Below are positions 22,043-36,516 of a stretch of 64,000 nt of DNA, piece by piece. The notes under the pieces are model-generated. The model did no database searches, had not been told where the DNA came from, and was given only the letters and a program-made list of their open reading frames with translations. This DNA is from Macrostomum lignano. Lineage: Eukaryota. The first letter of the stretch is position 1; every line of letters starts with the position of its first letter. The stretch lies in assembly GCA_002269645.1 (NCBI GenBank), contig NIVC01000818.1, positions 18,181-82,180 on the forward strand, in the 5' to 3' direction. Both the position numbers and the translations under genes were made by a program.

Positions 22043-22103
22043 TGCTAAAATCGATCGCATAGATAGATAGATAGACACAGACAGACCATTTTTAGTATAT
22101 GGA

Positions 22104-22412
22104 AATAATTTTTTTATTGCCCCCCTTTAAGTGGAGCGGAGTGAGTTTTCTTATCAGTTGGCTCTGGCGCAATCAATTAAAATTGGCAGTGAAGTTTCTG
22201 GCTGATAAAATTTGCATTGAAAAAGGCCATTTAAAACAGTTTTTCGAATATTTAATCCCTTTAGTATTGAAGCAGATACAAGAAATTTTAACTGTCTTCT
22301 TTCCAGACAATTTTGAATCTTTTGGCGAAAACGCGATCAAAATCGGTGAAGAATTGCAATCTGTAGAGCGTTATGGACATACAAATATTAGAGATTTAGT
22401 ATATTTAGAAGA
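22104..22412 (-). mobile_element. Short Helitron-like unit abutting copy 2
   Basis: Minus-strand TC start at 22412 with an AT-rich tcttctaaatatactaaa end like the larger element; related hairpin (gctccacttaaaggggggc) near 22120-22138; CTAG not preserved. Confidence 0.45.
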
Positions 22413-25400
22413 CTAGCAATCAGCGCCCCCCGTTGGGGAGCCAAAAAAATGCAGTACAAGTTTTTTTTAATAAACTACATGTAAGCGTCTCTTTGCATTA
22501 TACCTTGTAAGCCTTGACATGTCAGAAAATCCCCCCACAAGCCTTAGCATATCAACCCCCTTGACGTCTTAGCAATGCCCCATAAGCCTTGCAATCTTAA
22601 AAAATCTGTCAACCTTCTAACCCTAGCCCTAGCCTAACCCTAGCCCTAACCCTAACCCTAACCCTAACCCTAACCCTAAAGCATTGACATTTCAGTAATT
22701 CTCTCTAACAGTCATTATAGCACTACTACAGCATTAAAGCGATTCCTTGCAAGCCTCGACATCGTAGGGATTCCCAAATGAATCTCTTAACTTCGACATG
22801 AAGCTTCTTTTATTTTTTACATTACGCTTTTTCTATCAGCGATCCCTCCCGTGAGGAGCCAACAAATAAAGAAAAAAAGTTTTCAATGGACTACATGTAG
22901 CTTCTGACTTTAGCCTTGAAATCTCATTTATTCCCCATGAGCCTTGACATCTCAGCTATTCCCCCGTAAGCCTTGACATGTCAGCAATGCCCCCATAAAC
23001 CTTGATATCTGAAAAATCCCCTGTTAACCTTGAAACCCGATAAAATATAACCCTCAACCCACACCTGACCTAAACCTAACTTTAACCCAACCTAAAGCCT
23101 TGAAATCTCAGCAATTCTTCTCCCCTAAGCCTTGAAATTTTAGTGATTCTTTCTTCAAGAAACACAGCACTATAGCGATTCCCTCCAAGCCTTGACATCG
23201 TAGCAATTCCCAAATGAATCTTTTAACTTCGACATGACTCTTCTTTTATGTATACATAGTGCTTCTTTTCTTTTTTACATGACTCTTCTTCTATCAGCGC
23301 CCCCCCCCGTGGCGAGCCAACAAAGAATGTAATAAAAAAATTGAGTAAAGTACATGTACTTTGAAGTAGCTTCTGACTTTTGCTTTGACATCTCAGAAAC
23401 CCCCCCCCCCCCGCGTAATCTCAGTTATTCTCCGTGAGCCTTGACATCTAGCACAGTAAGTCTCCCCAGCGCAGCACAATAGCTTCATTTAATTTTTACA
23501 TGACACCTCTTTCATGTCTGACATTTTTTTGTCACTTGATTTTTGATGTCAGTATGATTTTTTTACATGACGCTTCTATGATTTTTTACATGACGCTTCT
23601 ATGATTTTTTACATGAAGCTTCTATGATTTTTTATATGACGCTTCTATGATTGCTTACGTGACGCTTCTATGATTTTTTACATGGCGCTTCTATGATTTT
23701 TACATGACGCTTCTATGATTGTTTACATGACGCTTCTATGATTTTTTACATGACGCTTCTATGATTTTTTACATGAAGCTTCTATGATTTTTTATATGAC
23801 GCTTCTATGATTGCTTACGTGACGCTTCTATGATTTTTTACATGACGCTTCTATGATTGTTTACATGACGCTTCTATGATTTTTTACATGACGCTTCTAT
23901 GATTTTTTACATGACGCTTCTATGATTTTTTACATGAAGCTTCTATGATTTTTTATATGACGCTTCTATGATTGCTTACGTGACGCTTCTATGATTTTTT
24001 ACATGGCGCTTCTATGATTTTTACATGACGCTTCTATGATTGTTTACATGACGCTTCTATGATTGTTTACATGACGCTTCTATGATGTTTTACATGACGC
24101 TTCTATGATATTTTACATGACGCTTCTATGATTTTTTCATGACGCTTTCATGATTTTTTACATTACGCTTCTATGATATTTTACATGACGCTTCTATGAT
24201 TTTTTACATGACGCTTCTATAATTTTGCATGACGCTTCTATGATTTCTTTATGACGCTTTCATGATTGTTTACATGACGCTTCTATGAATTTTTTACATG
24301 ACGCTTCTATGATTTTTTACATGACGCTTCTATGATTTTTTACATGACGCTTCTATGATTTTTTACATGGCGCTTCTATGATTTTTTACATGACGCTTTC
24401 AAGATTGTTTACATGACGCTTCTATGATATTTTACATGACGCTTCTATGATTGTTTACATGACGCTTCTATGATTTTTTACATGACGCTTCTATGATTTT
24501 TTATATGACGCTTCTTTGATTTTTTACATGACGCTTCTATGATTTTTTCATGACGCTTTCATGATTTTTTCATGACGCTTCTATGATTGTTTATATGACG
24601 CTTTCATGATTGTTTACATGACGCTTCTATGATTGTTTACATGACGCTTCTATGATTTTTTACATGACGCTTCTTTGATTTTTACATGACGCTTCTATGA
24701 TTTTTTACATGACGCTTCTATGATTGTTTACATGACGCTTCTATGATTTTTTACATGACGCTTCTATGATTGTTTACATGACGCTTCTATGATTTTTTAC
24801 ATGACGCTTCTATGATTTTTTACATGACGCTTCTATGATTGTTTACATGACGCTTCTATGATTTTTTACATGACGCTTCTATGATTGTTTACATGACGCT
24901 TCTATGATTTTTTACATGACGCTTCTATGATTTTTTACATGACGCTTCCATGATTTTTTACATGACGCTTCTATGATTTTTTCATGACGCTTCTATGATT
25001 TTTTCATGACGCTTCTATGATTTTTTCATGACGCTTTCATGATTGTTTACATGACGCTTCTATGATTTTTACATGACGCTTCTATGATTTTTTACATGAC
25101 GCTTCTATGCTTTTTTACCTGACGCCTTTTGTCCTTTATTTGTCCTTTAATAAAAGGTTTTAATAAAAAACTTTTCACTACTTAGATTCGAACCCAGGTC
25201 GCTGCATTTGCAGTCCAGTCTGTTCACTTCTAGGCTAGCTATTATCGAATTTATAAATTAAATTGTAGCACTTATATAATTCAACACTCACTCACGAATC
25301 AGTTATGACATAATCAATTTCCCAGGCAAGTCAGTATCAGTCTCAATTAAAGTTGAGAATATGGTTACGCAATCTAAATCAAGTCTGGTGCTACGCTTCC

Positions 25401-25732
25401 ACACTGCATTTTCAATACTGTGACGCAATTCAAGTCGGAGTTACAATTCAGTTATGATGCAATCTATTTCAGAATCAGAATTCAACCAGTCAATTTTTTT
25501 CTCTAGCATTATTACAATGCATTTCAAGTCGAAAAGTTTGCTTGACCTTTGCAAAAAAGCATGTTTTTCGAGTATTTAATGCCTTTAGCATCGAGCAATT
25601 TCTTAGCCAAGACACATGTACCGTCACGGGAAAATTTCTGATCGAACAGTGCAAGTCTCATGAAAATCGGTTAAGCCATTTTTTCTCTAATCGATTGCAA
25701 GCAAGCAAGATTTTCATTTTTAGTATATAGGA
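22413..25732 (-). mobile_element. Non-autonomous Helitron-like element, copy 2
   Basis: CTAG at 22413-22416 with hairpin gctccccaacggggggc; TC start at 25732; collinear with 4632-8279 including the CCCTAA tract, three hairpin-headed modules, minisatellite and tRNA-like piece. Confidence 0.75.
23553..25126. repeat. About 21-23-bp minisatellite (catgacgcttctatgatttttta)n internal to Helitron-like copy 2
   Basis: Directly visible. Confidence 0.97.
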
Positions 25733-26849
25733 CGAGGCCAACTCCTCCTTCGGAGAAGAAAGGGGAAGAACTCTCATCACCGGAATCCCATTCCATGAAC
25801 TCTCCGCGAAACAGAAATCGTCTCCGTGAGACTGAACACCATCGAAATCCTCTCCGCGAAAATCCTCTCCGTGTAACTGGACTCAATCAAAATTTCTCCG
25901 TCAAACAGAACCCAGCTCTCAGAATTCATTGGTTATGGTTAGGGTTAGGGTTAGAGCTACACACAGCTGCGTGTTGAAAGGCGCCGTAAAGACATCGAAC
26001 CAATTAAATTGCGCAACTTATTTCTCAGGCAGTCAGTATCAGCCTCGGTTAAAGTTAACAAAAAATTGCGCAATCTAAATCAACCCTCCAATACACAGCG
26101 ACCGAACCCCTTCGAATACGCAGCGCAGCTAGAAATTGAACCCCCCCCCCACTGTTGGGGGTCTGTCAAACCCTCATTGAACCCTCGAAAATGAGTACGA
26201 TCTTTGCAAAAAGTTAAAAGTATGGAAATTGCTTTTCGAATGCTGTGCTTTTAATTTTCACATTTAGAGCAAACAACTTATATCCCCTAACTCAGCGTTG
26301 CAACCTCTTTCCAGCAATATAAGTCTCCTCCTCAAGTTTAAAACTCGAAGAACAGTTTGGCTTTGAAATTTCCCGTTTTAAGGAATTGAACTATCGAGTG
26401 TACGTTCACTGCCTGCAGCAGTGGGAGGCTCGCAAGTTTATTCCTTGAATTTTACTGTCCAACAAATACACAGTGTCCAACAAATACACAGGGCTGCCTA
26501 TTGAAAATCAGAAAACATATCGTTGCGCAATTGTCTATACAATCAGCCAGTGAGCTAGGGTCCGATTGTACACACGCAGCCACTGAGAACGCCCCCATTC
26601 CCCCATTGGAGAGAAAATACACTGCCGAGATAGGAGAAAGTTATGGCGTAATCACTAAAAATTGATGCCAACTGGCCCAGTTACACCCCTTCAGCTAAAA
26701 GAATACACTACACAGATAGGCCAGCTGTTGTGGCGCAATCACTAAGAGTTGCGCAAGGTGGATCATATTCCCTATTGTTATATTATTTCTGCTTTTTTAG
26801 GGATCTTAAAATGTGAAAATGAAAGATTAAAATAGCTATAAACCCAACC

Positions 26850-27062
26850 CAGAAAATTTGCAGTTTACCCATATAAGTTTCAACGCTGAGTTGCAAGTAG
26901 TCTTGGAGAAAAATTGCAACATACAGACAGACAAACATCGCACCAACTTTAGTATTAAGAAAATTTGCAGTTTTCCCATATAAGTTTCAACGCTGACTTG
27001 CCAGTAGTCTAGGAGAAAAATTGCAACACACAAACAAACATCGCACCACTTTTAGTATTAAG
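26850..27062. repeat. Two tandem copies of an approximately 105-110-bp segment ending ctttagtattaaga (resembles a Helitron-like 5' end)
   Basis: gaaaatttgcagttt.ccatataagtttcaacgctga.ttgc.agtagtct.ggagaaaaattgcaaca...catcgcacca.tttagtattaaga occurs twice. Confidence 0.75.
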
Positions 27063-27064
27063 AT

Positions 27065-27138
27065 TGACTGCACTCGGAATCGAGCCTGGGCCGCTGGCAC
27101 ATCAGAGCTCCGCGCCAGACCACTAAGGCTACGCCCCC
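27065..27138 (-). mobile_element. SINE family 1 tRNA-like head only
   Basis: gactgcactcggaatcgagcctgggccgctggcac matches 11380-11415 and 48270-48305. Confidence 0.7.
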
Positions 27139-27654
27139 TGACTGACATGCATATACATGTGTCTTGAATTTTAAGACAAGAAAGCAAAAACGGCCCAGTG
27201 CTTGTGAGAGTACCGTAGGAATCAATTGCCAGGTCATTCCGTACTCAATTTCGAGTCTTCAAAGAGCGCAGAGCAGCTAAACTTAGAAAAAAAATTCACT
27301 TCAATGAAAAAGGGAAAAAAGAGAAAAGCCATCAAGAGTAGCATCTTCCTGCCTATGCGGTGCCCTGCCAGCATTCGAATTTTCTCAAAAGCTTGTTCAT
27401 ATGGTGCTCTGGACTAGAGAGTCTAGTGGTTCTCAGAGCCAGTGAACTAGAAAGCAGATATCGACAGTGACTAAGGAATCTTCTCGCGATGAGAACAAGC
27501 CAGAGCAATGGCTTGATACCAGAAACCAGCAGTGCACTGTGTATGCTTTACAGCAGGAGTCGCGGCTCGCGAAGTCTCTCCATCCAGCCCTCGGGTCCGT
27601 GAAACTTCACAATAGCAATCCGGCCAACTTAAGGCTTGTGCCTCTTCTCAGCTA

Positions 27655-28420
<766 letters not shown>

Positions 28421-29640
28421 TCTAAAGCATCGACCCCTGCTTTACAGAAAGAGGAACCGATGAAGCACATAAGCCCAGCTGAATGCATTGCCAGTGCAGA
28501 TTGGAGATAACTGCAGGTAATGACTTGATTTTGTCATTATAACATATGTTATCCAGCCTTTAACATGGTGTATCATTCCTTTATCTACAATAAATTCTAC
28601 ACTGAACCTGTTGGATGCGAATTCTGCAGAACTACTAGGATATGCTACTCAGCTGAGCAGAAATTCCTCACCATTTAACTGCCTTAGTTAAATGCCCGGC
28701 CGGATTCGAGCTCAGTCGAAATTCACAATGCTTTTTGACTCCGGACTTTGGAAATTCCTGACGCTGGCTTGTTCAGAGTCAGGTATCGTGTGTCTGTCTG
28801 GACTCCTAGCTGACGTCTGAGCTCACAGTGGATTCATTTGAGTAAACAGCAGGTTTACAGTTCCGGCGCATCCACTGGTACAGCTCTCTGGCATTTGACA
28901 TTCATCGTTTCAGCGCAGCCTACAGTCAGCCAAGAGGAATTGCGAATGGAACACGAGAGTATGAAAATACAGCAAGCTCAGAAGACGTGTCACACAGTTG
29001 GTTGATCTGCGTTGAATCAGCTGAGCCCAACCAGAAATATGAGATTGTATTTGAGAAACTCGCGCTGCTCTTGCGATGGACTTTTCTCCTGAATTGGTTG
29101 GCGAAGTTGCGTAGCAACTGAGAATAATTAATGGTTTATAATATCCGCTACATTGTATGCCAAAATGTGCTTTTGAAAACAGCTTCAGACACTGTTAGGA
29201 CCCCTGGGTCCAATTTTACCACAATGGAGCGTCCACGTCCTGCATGACGTCCTGTAGACCTTGTATAAGACAGAATGTTTCTTCCGCCAGGATCCCTTGG
29301 TCCTTTTCGGGCAAAGCTGGCTTAGACAATGATGTGGATGAGCCTTCAGAGCGCGTACATTTTTTATGAACTTTGAGCCATCGCTTCATCTAGCATAACT
29401 GACTTACTAGACTGGGCGATTGCCTTGATTTGACTGGCTATAGGTTTTGCTCCCCCATGAAATGTTTGGGGTGGGAGCTTCCAATTCAGATTCTCTATCA
29501 AGAAGTCCCTGAGCCGGGCAAATAAAGCAATTGGGGTGGGGGCGACACCGGTCGATATAAAAAGTCTGCGGAGAACTTGAAATTACCAGACTGATTCAGA
29601 CTCAGCTCTCCGTTCATCATCGCAACCCGTCGCTGAGCCA

Positions 29641-30412
29641 ATGTTCCGCCCCGATCAGGCCCTCCTGCTGCTGCTGGTGCAGGGCTATTGTTGCTCAGGG
29701 CTTCTGCTGCCTCCGCAGCCGCTGGGCCATCAGTACCTTGGCTGCTACGTTGACGGAGGCAACGGGGACCGGGACCTGGTCGGCCTGAAAGGGGTCACTA
29801 CTTTGGGGCCCTACTCATATGACTCAGGAAACCCAGTCTTTGTCCGAGAAGAAAGTCTGACGCTGGAGATGTGCAGAGAAATCTGCTCCTACGGCCGCTT
29901 TCGCTACTTCGGTACCCAGAGCCGCGTTTTCTGCTGCTGCAGCTCGACCTACGGCTCGAAAGGCGTCGCCGCTGCCGCCGACTGCATCTACCCTTGCACA
30001 GGGAACACGTCTCAGGAGTGCGGCGGCGACTCAAGAAACTCCATCTATGAGTCTCTGTATCCACCGAGTGTGTTCTGCGCCAAGAACATTGTGATCCTCT
30101 CAATAAGTTAAACCAGTTTTTATCACAACGATTTAGACAACGTTTTAAACTCCTTCCTAATTTACAGTTGAACCGAAACTAATGAAAGTTCCCGTTGCTT
30201 CCATGCCGAGCATCGCAGCCTCCACCAGCTCCATCGTTTACCGCAGCGAGACGGCCGGAAGCGTCATCGAGTGTGCGGCCGCCTGCCACCGAAGCCCGGA
30301 CTGCCTCGCCTGCGCCTTCGTGCAGTCCAGCCGGATGTGCCGCCTCATGAGATTCGCCGCTGTGCCCAGCGACATCGCCAGCGAGGCCCAGTGGGTCTGG
30401 GTGAAGCCGTGA
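29641..30412 (+). CDS. Secreted WSC-PAN protein B1; exons 29641-30067, 30168-30412 (223 aa)
   Basis: Signal peptide; YLGCYVD...MCREICSYGRFRYFG...CGGDSRNSIY; phase-1 intron at the homologous position (weak donor gtgtgt, acceptor tttacag); PAN exon; tataaaaa about 85 bp upstream. Confidence 0.87.
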
Positions 30413-31294
30413 CGAATTTGCAACTACAAAAGCAAATGAGTTCGAGAGAAGAACTTCTGGGATGGCGAAATCGAGCAAACAAGCAGAGAACAATTACTTA
30501 ATGTTGCTTTTTTTAGCAAAGGCGTTTTTAATTAGTAACGTGGACTGCCCTACCGTACGTTAACAATTTTTTTACCTTATCTCCTTATCTTTTGAAAACT
30601 GTCCCCAAGTGGCTTTTTTACACTTTTTCGCGGCACCCCAAATTGATTGTCTCCACTGTGAAGCAGAATCTGAATTGACAAAGCAAAAAAATACAAATAA
30701 ATTCGGTGTTAAGCATGTTAATACTGCAATACAATTTGATTTCACACCTGTCTTGACAAAACTTAACCTAGCAGAGCCAGTTAGCGAGTTTGCAGTTTCC
30801 TATCATGAGCATGCTCGTAAAACACCTGTCTAACTGTGCCCGAAGTCAATCAACTGTCAAACATCCATCGATCCAGTGAGTCCTAAGAAATCATCGCCTA
30901 CTATTGAGTAAGTAGTAAGATACGGTTATGAAGCTACTATTGAGCAGTGTAATCAAAGTGAAAGTGCAGACTGTCGGTGACGCACTGAAATGCGTCAGAA
31001 CGATGGAAATTTGAAGCAGTACATTTATTTGAAGAAGAGCTGCTTCCTCGTTCTGAGAAGCTGAGAACAACGTAGATTCACACAGGGGGCTTACCATAAA
31101 TATTAACATCGTTTTCAATTCTTAGAAAAATCGACTTCCATTTTTTCCCCAGATGCTGCTTCAATTGGGCTTGAAAGTTTCGCGGATTTTCACCTGCCCA
31201 AGAGAGCACTCAAATTGTATACTCATAGCGACTCTCCGCATTAGCTGTGTAACTTCAAAGGCAGCTGGTATCCATCTGCACTCCTTGGTAGCAG

Positions 31295-31829
31295 CCTGAG
31301 GATGTAGATGCTAATTACCTGAGGATCTGGATGCTAATTACCTGAGGATCTGGATGCTAATTACCTGAGGATCTAGATGCTAATTACCTGAGGATGTAGA
31401 TGCTAATTACCTGAGGATCTGGATGCTAATTACGTGAGGATGTAGATGCTAATTACCTGAGGATCTAGATGCTAATTACCTGAGGATCTAGATGCTAATT
31501 ACCTGAGGATCTAAATGCTGATTACCTGAGTATCCAGATGCTGATTACCTGAGGATCTAGATGCTAATTACCTGGGAATCTAGATGCTAATTATCTTAGG
31601 ATCTAGATGCTGAATACCTGAGGATCCAGATGCTAATTACCTGAGGATCTGGATGCTAATTACCTGAGGATCTGGATGCTTATTACCTGAGGATCTAGAT
31701 GCTTATTACCTGAGGATCTAGATGCTAATTACCTGAGGATCTGGATGCTAATTACCTGAGGATCTGGATGCTAATTACCTGAGGATCTGGATGCTTATTA
31801 CCTGAGGATCTAGATGCTAATTACCTGAG
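31295..31829. repeat. 23-bp minisatellite (cctgaggatctggatgctaatta)n, about 23 copies
   Basis: Directly visible. Confidence 0.96.
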
Positions 31830-32935
31830 ACAATTTTGCTTGAATTGCAAGTGAGCCGAATGTCTATCCGCCACCCCTTTCTAATAGGAAGACGGTGAAC
31901 TGAGGGAAGTTCTAATCGTTTCTCGAATGTAGTTAAAAATCTAGAAAACATATATGTACGCATATGAAATATACTTTTGTGGCCGCTAACCCAGTCGATG
32001 CAGCAAATTAAGCAGAGCTCGCGCTGGTTAGTACGCAGCTGAATCGGCTGCGCAGAGAGATTTCTGAGAGAATGATGTGCTTACAATACAAAGACTGCGA
32101 CACAGCTGCAGACGAAAGAAAATTACGGCATTGCGAAACTAAAAACTACCGTTTGGCTCCTATTGTTACTTCTTTTTTCATAAATCCCCAATACATGCAA
32201 TCCCCACAAAGGGAATAAGCTGTGGCGAGATTCTGTTTGTAGAAAAATTTAATGGACTTCTGGATACCTGATGGACCATATTCTATAGTTAGCCACTAGC
32301 TAGCAATAACATCACCTGAGCGAGTCTCCTTTATGAGATGTGCGGCACCTGAGCAAAGCCATGCCTCTGAGCTGAGCAGTTTAAGCAGAGTTTTGAGTCG
32401 CTAATGAGAGACATTTCCAAGAATTCTGAGACACGCAAAGTTAGGAGCCAGCAGCACATTCATCTTCCATCAGAACTAACAAAGACTATAACTGCATTTC
32501 GTGCAACGCATTGCATACTGTCTTCTGCTGGCTCAGTAACATTCTCAACGAGATGGTACTTGCAGGCTAATTATTCCACAGCGGGTCAGCTAGGGGTAAG
32601 AGACGGGACTGATTTAGACAAAGAATTTTATACAATGGACAGCTATGCAAAAGAGATGCAGCTGGGGCCATTGTCGACTCAGTCACGGTAGGAAAGACAG
32701 TCGAGCTACTGCTGCTTGGCTGGTGTGGAGTTTGAAGCGTTGCTGCCCTGCTGTGCATCTCCAAGTTTATTAGAGTCTCTCCGGGTTGAGCAGCCAATTG
32801 TGTCAGCAGCAAGTAAATTAAGCATCCTCTGTTTTGTGACAACCCTCGCCTAGCAACAGAACTGAGTAGAAAACCCCCATCGCAACTCCGCAACGGCTTC
32901 GTCAGATCTGCTCTTAAGTGCATTTGAGCTGTGAA

Positions 32936-33803
32936 ATGCATGCGGCTGCTTTCTCGCTGCTGCTGTTGCTCGTCAGCGGTGGCGGCTGCACCGTCGCAGT
33001 TCCTCCACAGCCGCTGGGGTTCAGCCACGTTGGCTGCTATGCGAATGGCGGCGGCGGCAACAAAGACTTGGCCGGACTTCTCGGACTCGTCTCGCTTGGA
33101 ATGTTTGCCAACCATGAGAACGTCCCTGCATTCGTGCGCACTGACAGCTCGATGACCCTGGAGCTGTGCAGCCAGATCTGCTCCTACGGCCGGTTTCGCT
33201 ACTTCTGCGTTCAGGGCAGGCACTTCTGTGGCTGCGACAACACGTTTGGCTCCCACGGTGCCGCTGCTCCGTCGGACTGCAGCGTGTCCTGCGGAGGAAA
33301 TGCGAGTCAGATTTGCGGTGGCTGGGGCTACAGCTCCATCTACGAAATCTCCTATGCTCCCGGTACGACGGTTGCTTTGAATAAGAAGAAACTATTTGCT
33401 AATAGTTATTTAACTTTAACGGATTGAATACAAGTACTATCTAACTTGCTATTGTGTTCGATGAAGATGTAACTTCTCATGCATTCAGATTAAAAGCTTA
33501 GCATTGGTCACCAGAATGCATGACAGCAGAAAGTCACTCAGCAACTTCTTTCACTCAACTTCACCCGCAGTCGGGTCCGTGTTGGAGCGAGTGGCCGCGT
33601 CTGCCATGCCGACCATCTCAGCCTCCGCCAGCTCCGTCATCTACTGGAGCCAGGAGGCCACGGTGGCCTTCGAGTGCCTCGCCGCCTGCCACCGCAGCCC
33701 GGACTGCCTCGCCTGCGCCTTCGTGCAGTCCAGCCGGATGTGCCGCCTCATGAAATTCGCCGCAGTGCCCAGCGAGGTCGCCAGCGAGGCCCAGTGGGTC
33801 TGA
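32936..33803 (+). CDS. Secreted WSC-PAN protein B2; exons 32936-33362, 33571-33803 (219 aa), last 4 residues lost to a TGG>TGA change
   Basis: Signal peptide; HVGCYAN...LCSQICSYGRFRYF...CGG; phase-1 gtacga..ccgcag intron; PAN exon; ancestral stop persists 12 nt downstream. Confidence 0.85.
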
Positions 33804-34455
33804 GTGAAGCCGTGAGCCTGTCGGCTGATAATCTGCCGTGGAGAAACAAACAGCTCTGAACCCAAAGCTCATTTTGTCTGCTTAAGGAAATGTTTGAACA
33901 ATTGGTTGAAGCAGCAGGTGGCCACAAAATATTGGCAGATTGAATTTGCAGTGCTGCCACAATACCAAGATCACAACACAACAGACGATAAGTGAATTAT
34001 GGCATCGCAAAACTCGAAGCAAAACTCGGCTGCCTACTGTTAATTATTTCTTCATATATCCGTTACAGACATGGAGTTACACTAGGCAGTTAGCTGTACA
34101 TATTGATCCAACTGATCTCAAATCCAAGTATCCAACAGGAAATGCACCGATCAGGGAAATGAGAGTTTTATTAGCAGAATCAGCGACTTGATCATGCAGC
34201 CTCTGGACTCAAAGCCCAACGTTATAGAAAACGCTGCTTGTTTCACAAATTCCGTTAATTTTTTGGGGACAGTTTACTGTAAATGCTTCTTTATGAAACC
34301 CTTGTCTAAGTTAATGAGTTATCAACCTGACATTGGCGCATTAAATCTTAAGAAATCGACTACACTACTATTTAGTAGCGAGATATGAATAGCAAATACA
34401 CTGTTGAAAATGCATCGAAAATTTAAAGCCAACTGTGCTTCTGCTCCTGCCTCCT

Positions 34456-34726
34456 GGCTCGGCTTCTGTTGCTATGGCTTCGGCTTCTGTTGCTATGGCT
34501 TCGACTTCTGTTGCTATGGTTTCGGCTTCTGTTGCTATGGCTTCGACTTCTGTTGCTATGGCTTCGGCTTCTGTTGCTATGGCTTCGGCTTCTGTTGCTA
34601 TGGCTTCGGCTTCTGTTGCTATGGCTTCGGCTTCTGTTGCTATGGCTTCGGCTTCTGTTGCTATGGCTTCGGCTTCTGTTGCTATGGCTTCGGCTTCTGT
34701 TGCTATGGCTTCGGCTTCTGTTGCTA
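34456..34726. repeat. 21-bp minisatellite (ggcttcggcttctgttgctat)n, about 13 copies
   Basis: Directly visible; single monomer in the paralogue at 41181-41201. Confidence 0.96.
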
Positions 34727-36230
34727 GTTGCTAGTCTCTCGCCTCTTCTAGTCAGTAGCTATTCATCCCTGGGATTCCAGATTTTAACCAAATTGAGCTG
34801 CCCTCAGCTTCCATTGTGCTTGGGGGCTTCGGTGCAGGCATGTTCGAATGGTCTTATCATCAGGTTTATTATGCCGCACAGTAAAGTCGTTTGACGTGAC
34901 CTGAAACGGGTTATTTTGGCATTTTTGGCTGTTCTCCATGTCCACAATGCAATGCAAGCAGCACCCACAATGTAATGCAAGCAGCACCCACAATGCAATG
35001 CAAGCAGCACCTACAATGCAAGCCCGCCATCAAACCTGAGCGAGTCGCTTTTAAAAAACAAGCATCATCCATGGACTACTGAAACTAGTTTCGAGGTGAT
35101 GCTACTAAAACTTGTTTTAGTAGTCCCTGGCATCACCTGAGCGAGGCAATGCCAAGGAGAGCTCTGAGCTGAACAGCTTAAACAGAGTTTTGAGCTCTGC
35201 CCTCCCTGCCCGGTCCATCTTGCTCTGACCTTGGTCCATCTGCTGGCTCCTCTGGCTGTCTCCCTGCCCTTGTGTCTCGGCTCTCATCCTGACAGTGGAC
35301 TGGAGATGGGAGAGTTGCATTACTTGTCACGCATTGCTGTCTTCTGCTTGCTCTTGTTGAAAATTTTCAACAAGCTGGTGCTTGCATGCTAATCCTCCCA
35401 CAGCGATTCAGCGAGAGGTAAGAGACGAGACTGATGCAGACAAAGAATTCTATACAATAGATAGCTATGCGAAAGAGATGCCGCTGGTGCCTGAGTCGAC
35501 TCAGTCACGGTGGGAAAGACAGTCGGCCTGGAGGGGTAGGCTGGATCGATGGATCTTCAGCAGCAGTTCTGCAGCAGTCTGGTGTTACGAATCAGTGCCA
35601 GCGCTGTCAATGCTTCCGCTGCTGTGGAGTTTGAGGCTGACGTGTTGTGCATGCATCTATCAGTGTCTCCGGGTTGAGCAGCTTTGCTTAGCTGTCTCAG
35701 CTTTGCTGCAATGCTTTAATCCTCACCTGGCAGCAGAGTGGAACAAAACTCGGTACTCTTACCACTGCTTCTTGACTCGGCTTCCGTTGCCTCGGTCATT
35801 CGGCTCGTTACCGATTGACTCCCGATTCGGGCACCTGGGGTTTGGAAATTGCATCCTTCCATTTGCAACGATAAGATAGTTTAGTGACTTGGTGCTATTC
35901 CACTTTCCATTGCTACTGCTTTGTTTTTGTTTGCATTTTCAGTTTTCTTTCCTTGAATTCGCGCCTGTCGGCATCCTACGTCAGATAGACTGACTATTTA
36001 TGCTGTGCAATGGGGCGTGTTTCACGTGACCATCGGGTTGAATTGGCTGTGTTCAGGTAAGTGGATTTCCACGCTAGCACAAGTTTCTTGTGAAAGGCGC
36101 GAATTCGAATATACTCCGGCTTTCGCTTGCCGCTTTCCATGTCAATCAAGCGATACAATGCGAGCTTCCTTTCTGCCTCTCTGCCGCTTGGTCAAGATGG
36201 ACAAGGGAAGCGAGGTTGGTTGTCTTGCTG

Positions 36231-36244
36231 GTTACCATGGCAAC
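36231..36244. promoter_or_regulatory. RFX X-box GTTACCATGGCAAC upstream of WSC-PAN A2
   Basis: Near-perfect palindromic X-box about 270 bp upstream of the ATG. Confidence 0.6.
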
Positions 36245-36516
36245 TTGTCTGAACTGCTTACCAGCCTGCGCAGGAGAGTTACAGAGTCACCAAGCCCCGC
36301 AAGTCGCAAGCAACCAATGAAATTTCATCAACTCATGCCATTGTTTCTTGTGAAAAAGTCCGCATATAATACACATCCGCCTGAAAGGCATTTTGGCCTG
36401 TCCGTAATCTTGTCAAAGGGTGTCCAGCAGTGAATCCTCATCCTGTAGTCAGAGTCCAGCAGCGTCAAGCAGCCTTCAGTCTCCATCCAGATTGCTGTTA
36501 CCGCCAGTGCGCCAGC

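Noticed and set aside
33801-33803. Selenocysteine or programmed readthrough at the in-frame TGA of B2
   Set aside because: The position is Trp in all paralogues, a single TGG>TGA transition explains it, and no SECIS-like hairpin was recognised.
34456-34726. Array of RFX X-boxes (GTTGCTATGGCTTC)
   Set aside because: The right half-site lacks the required AAC; similarity is probably incidental.
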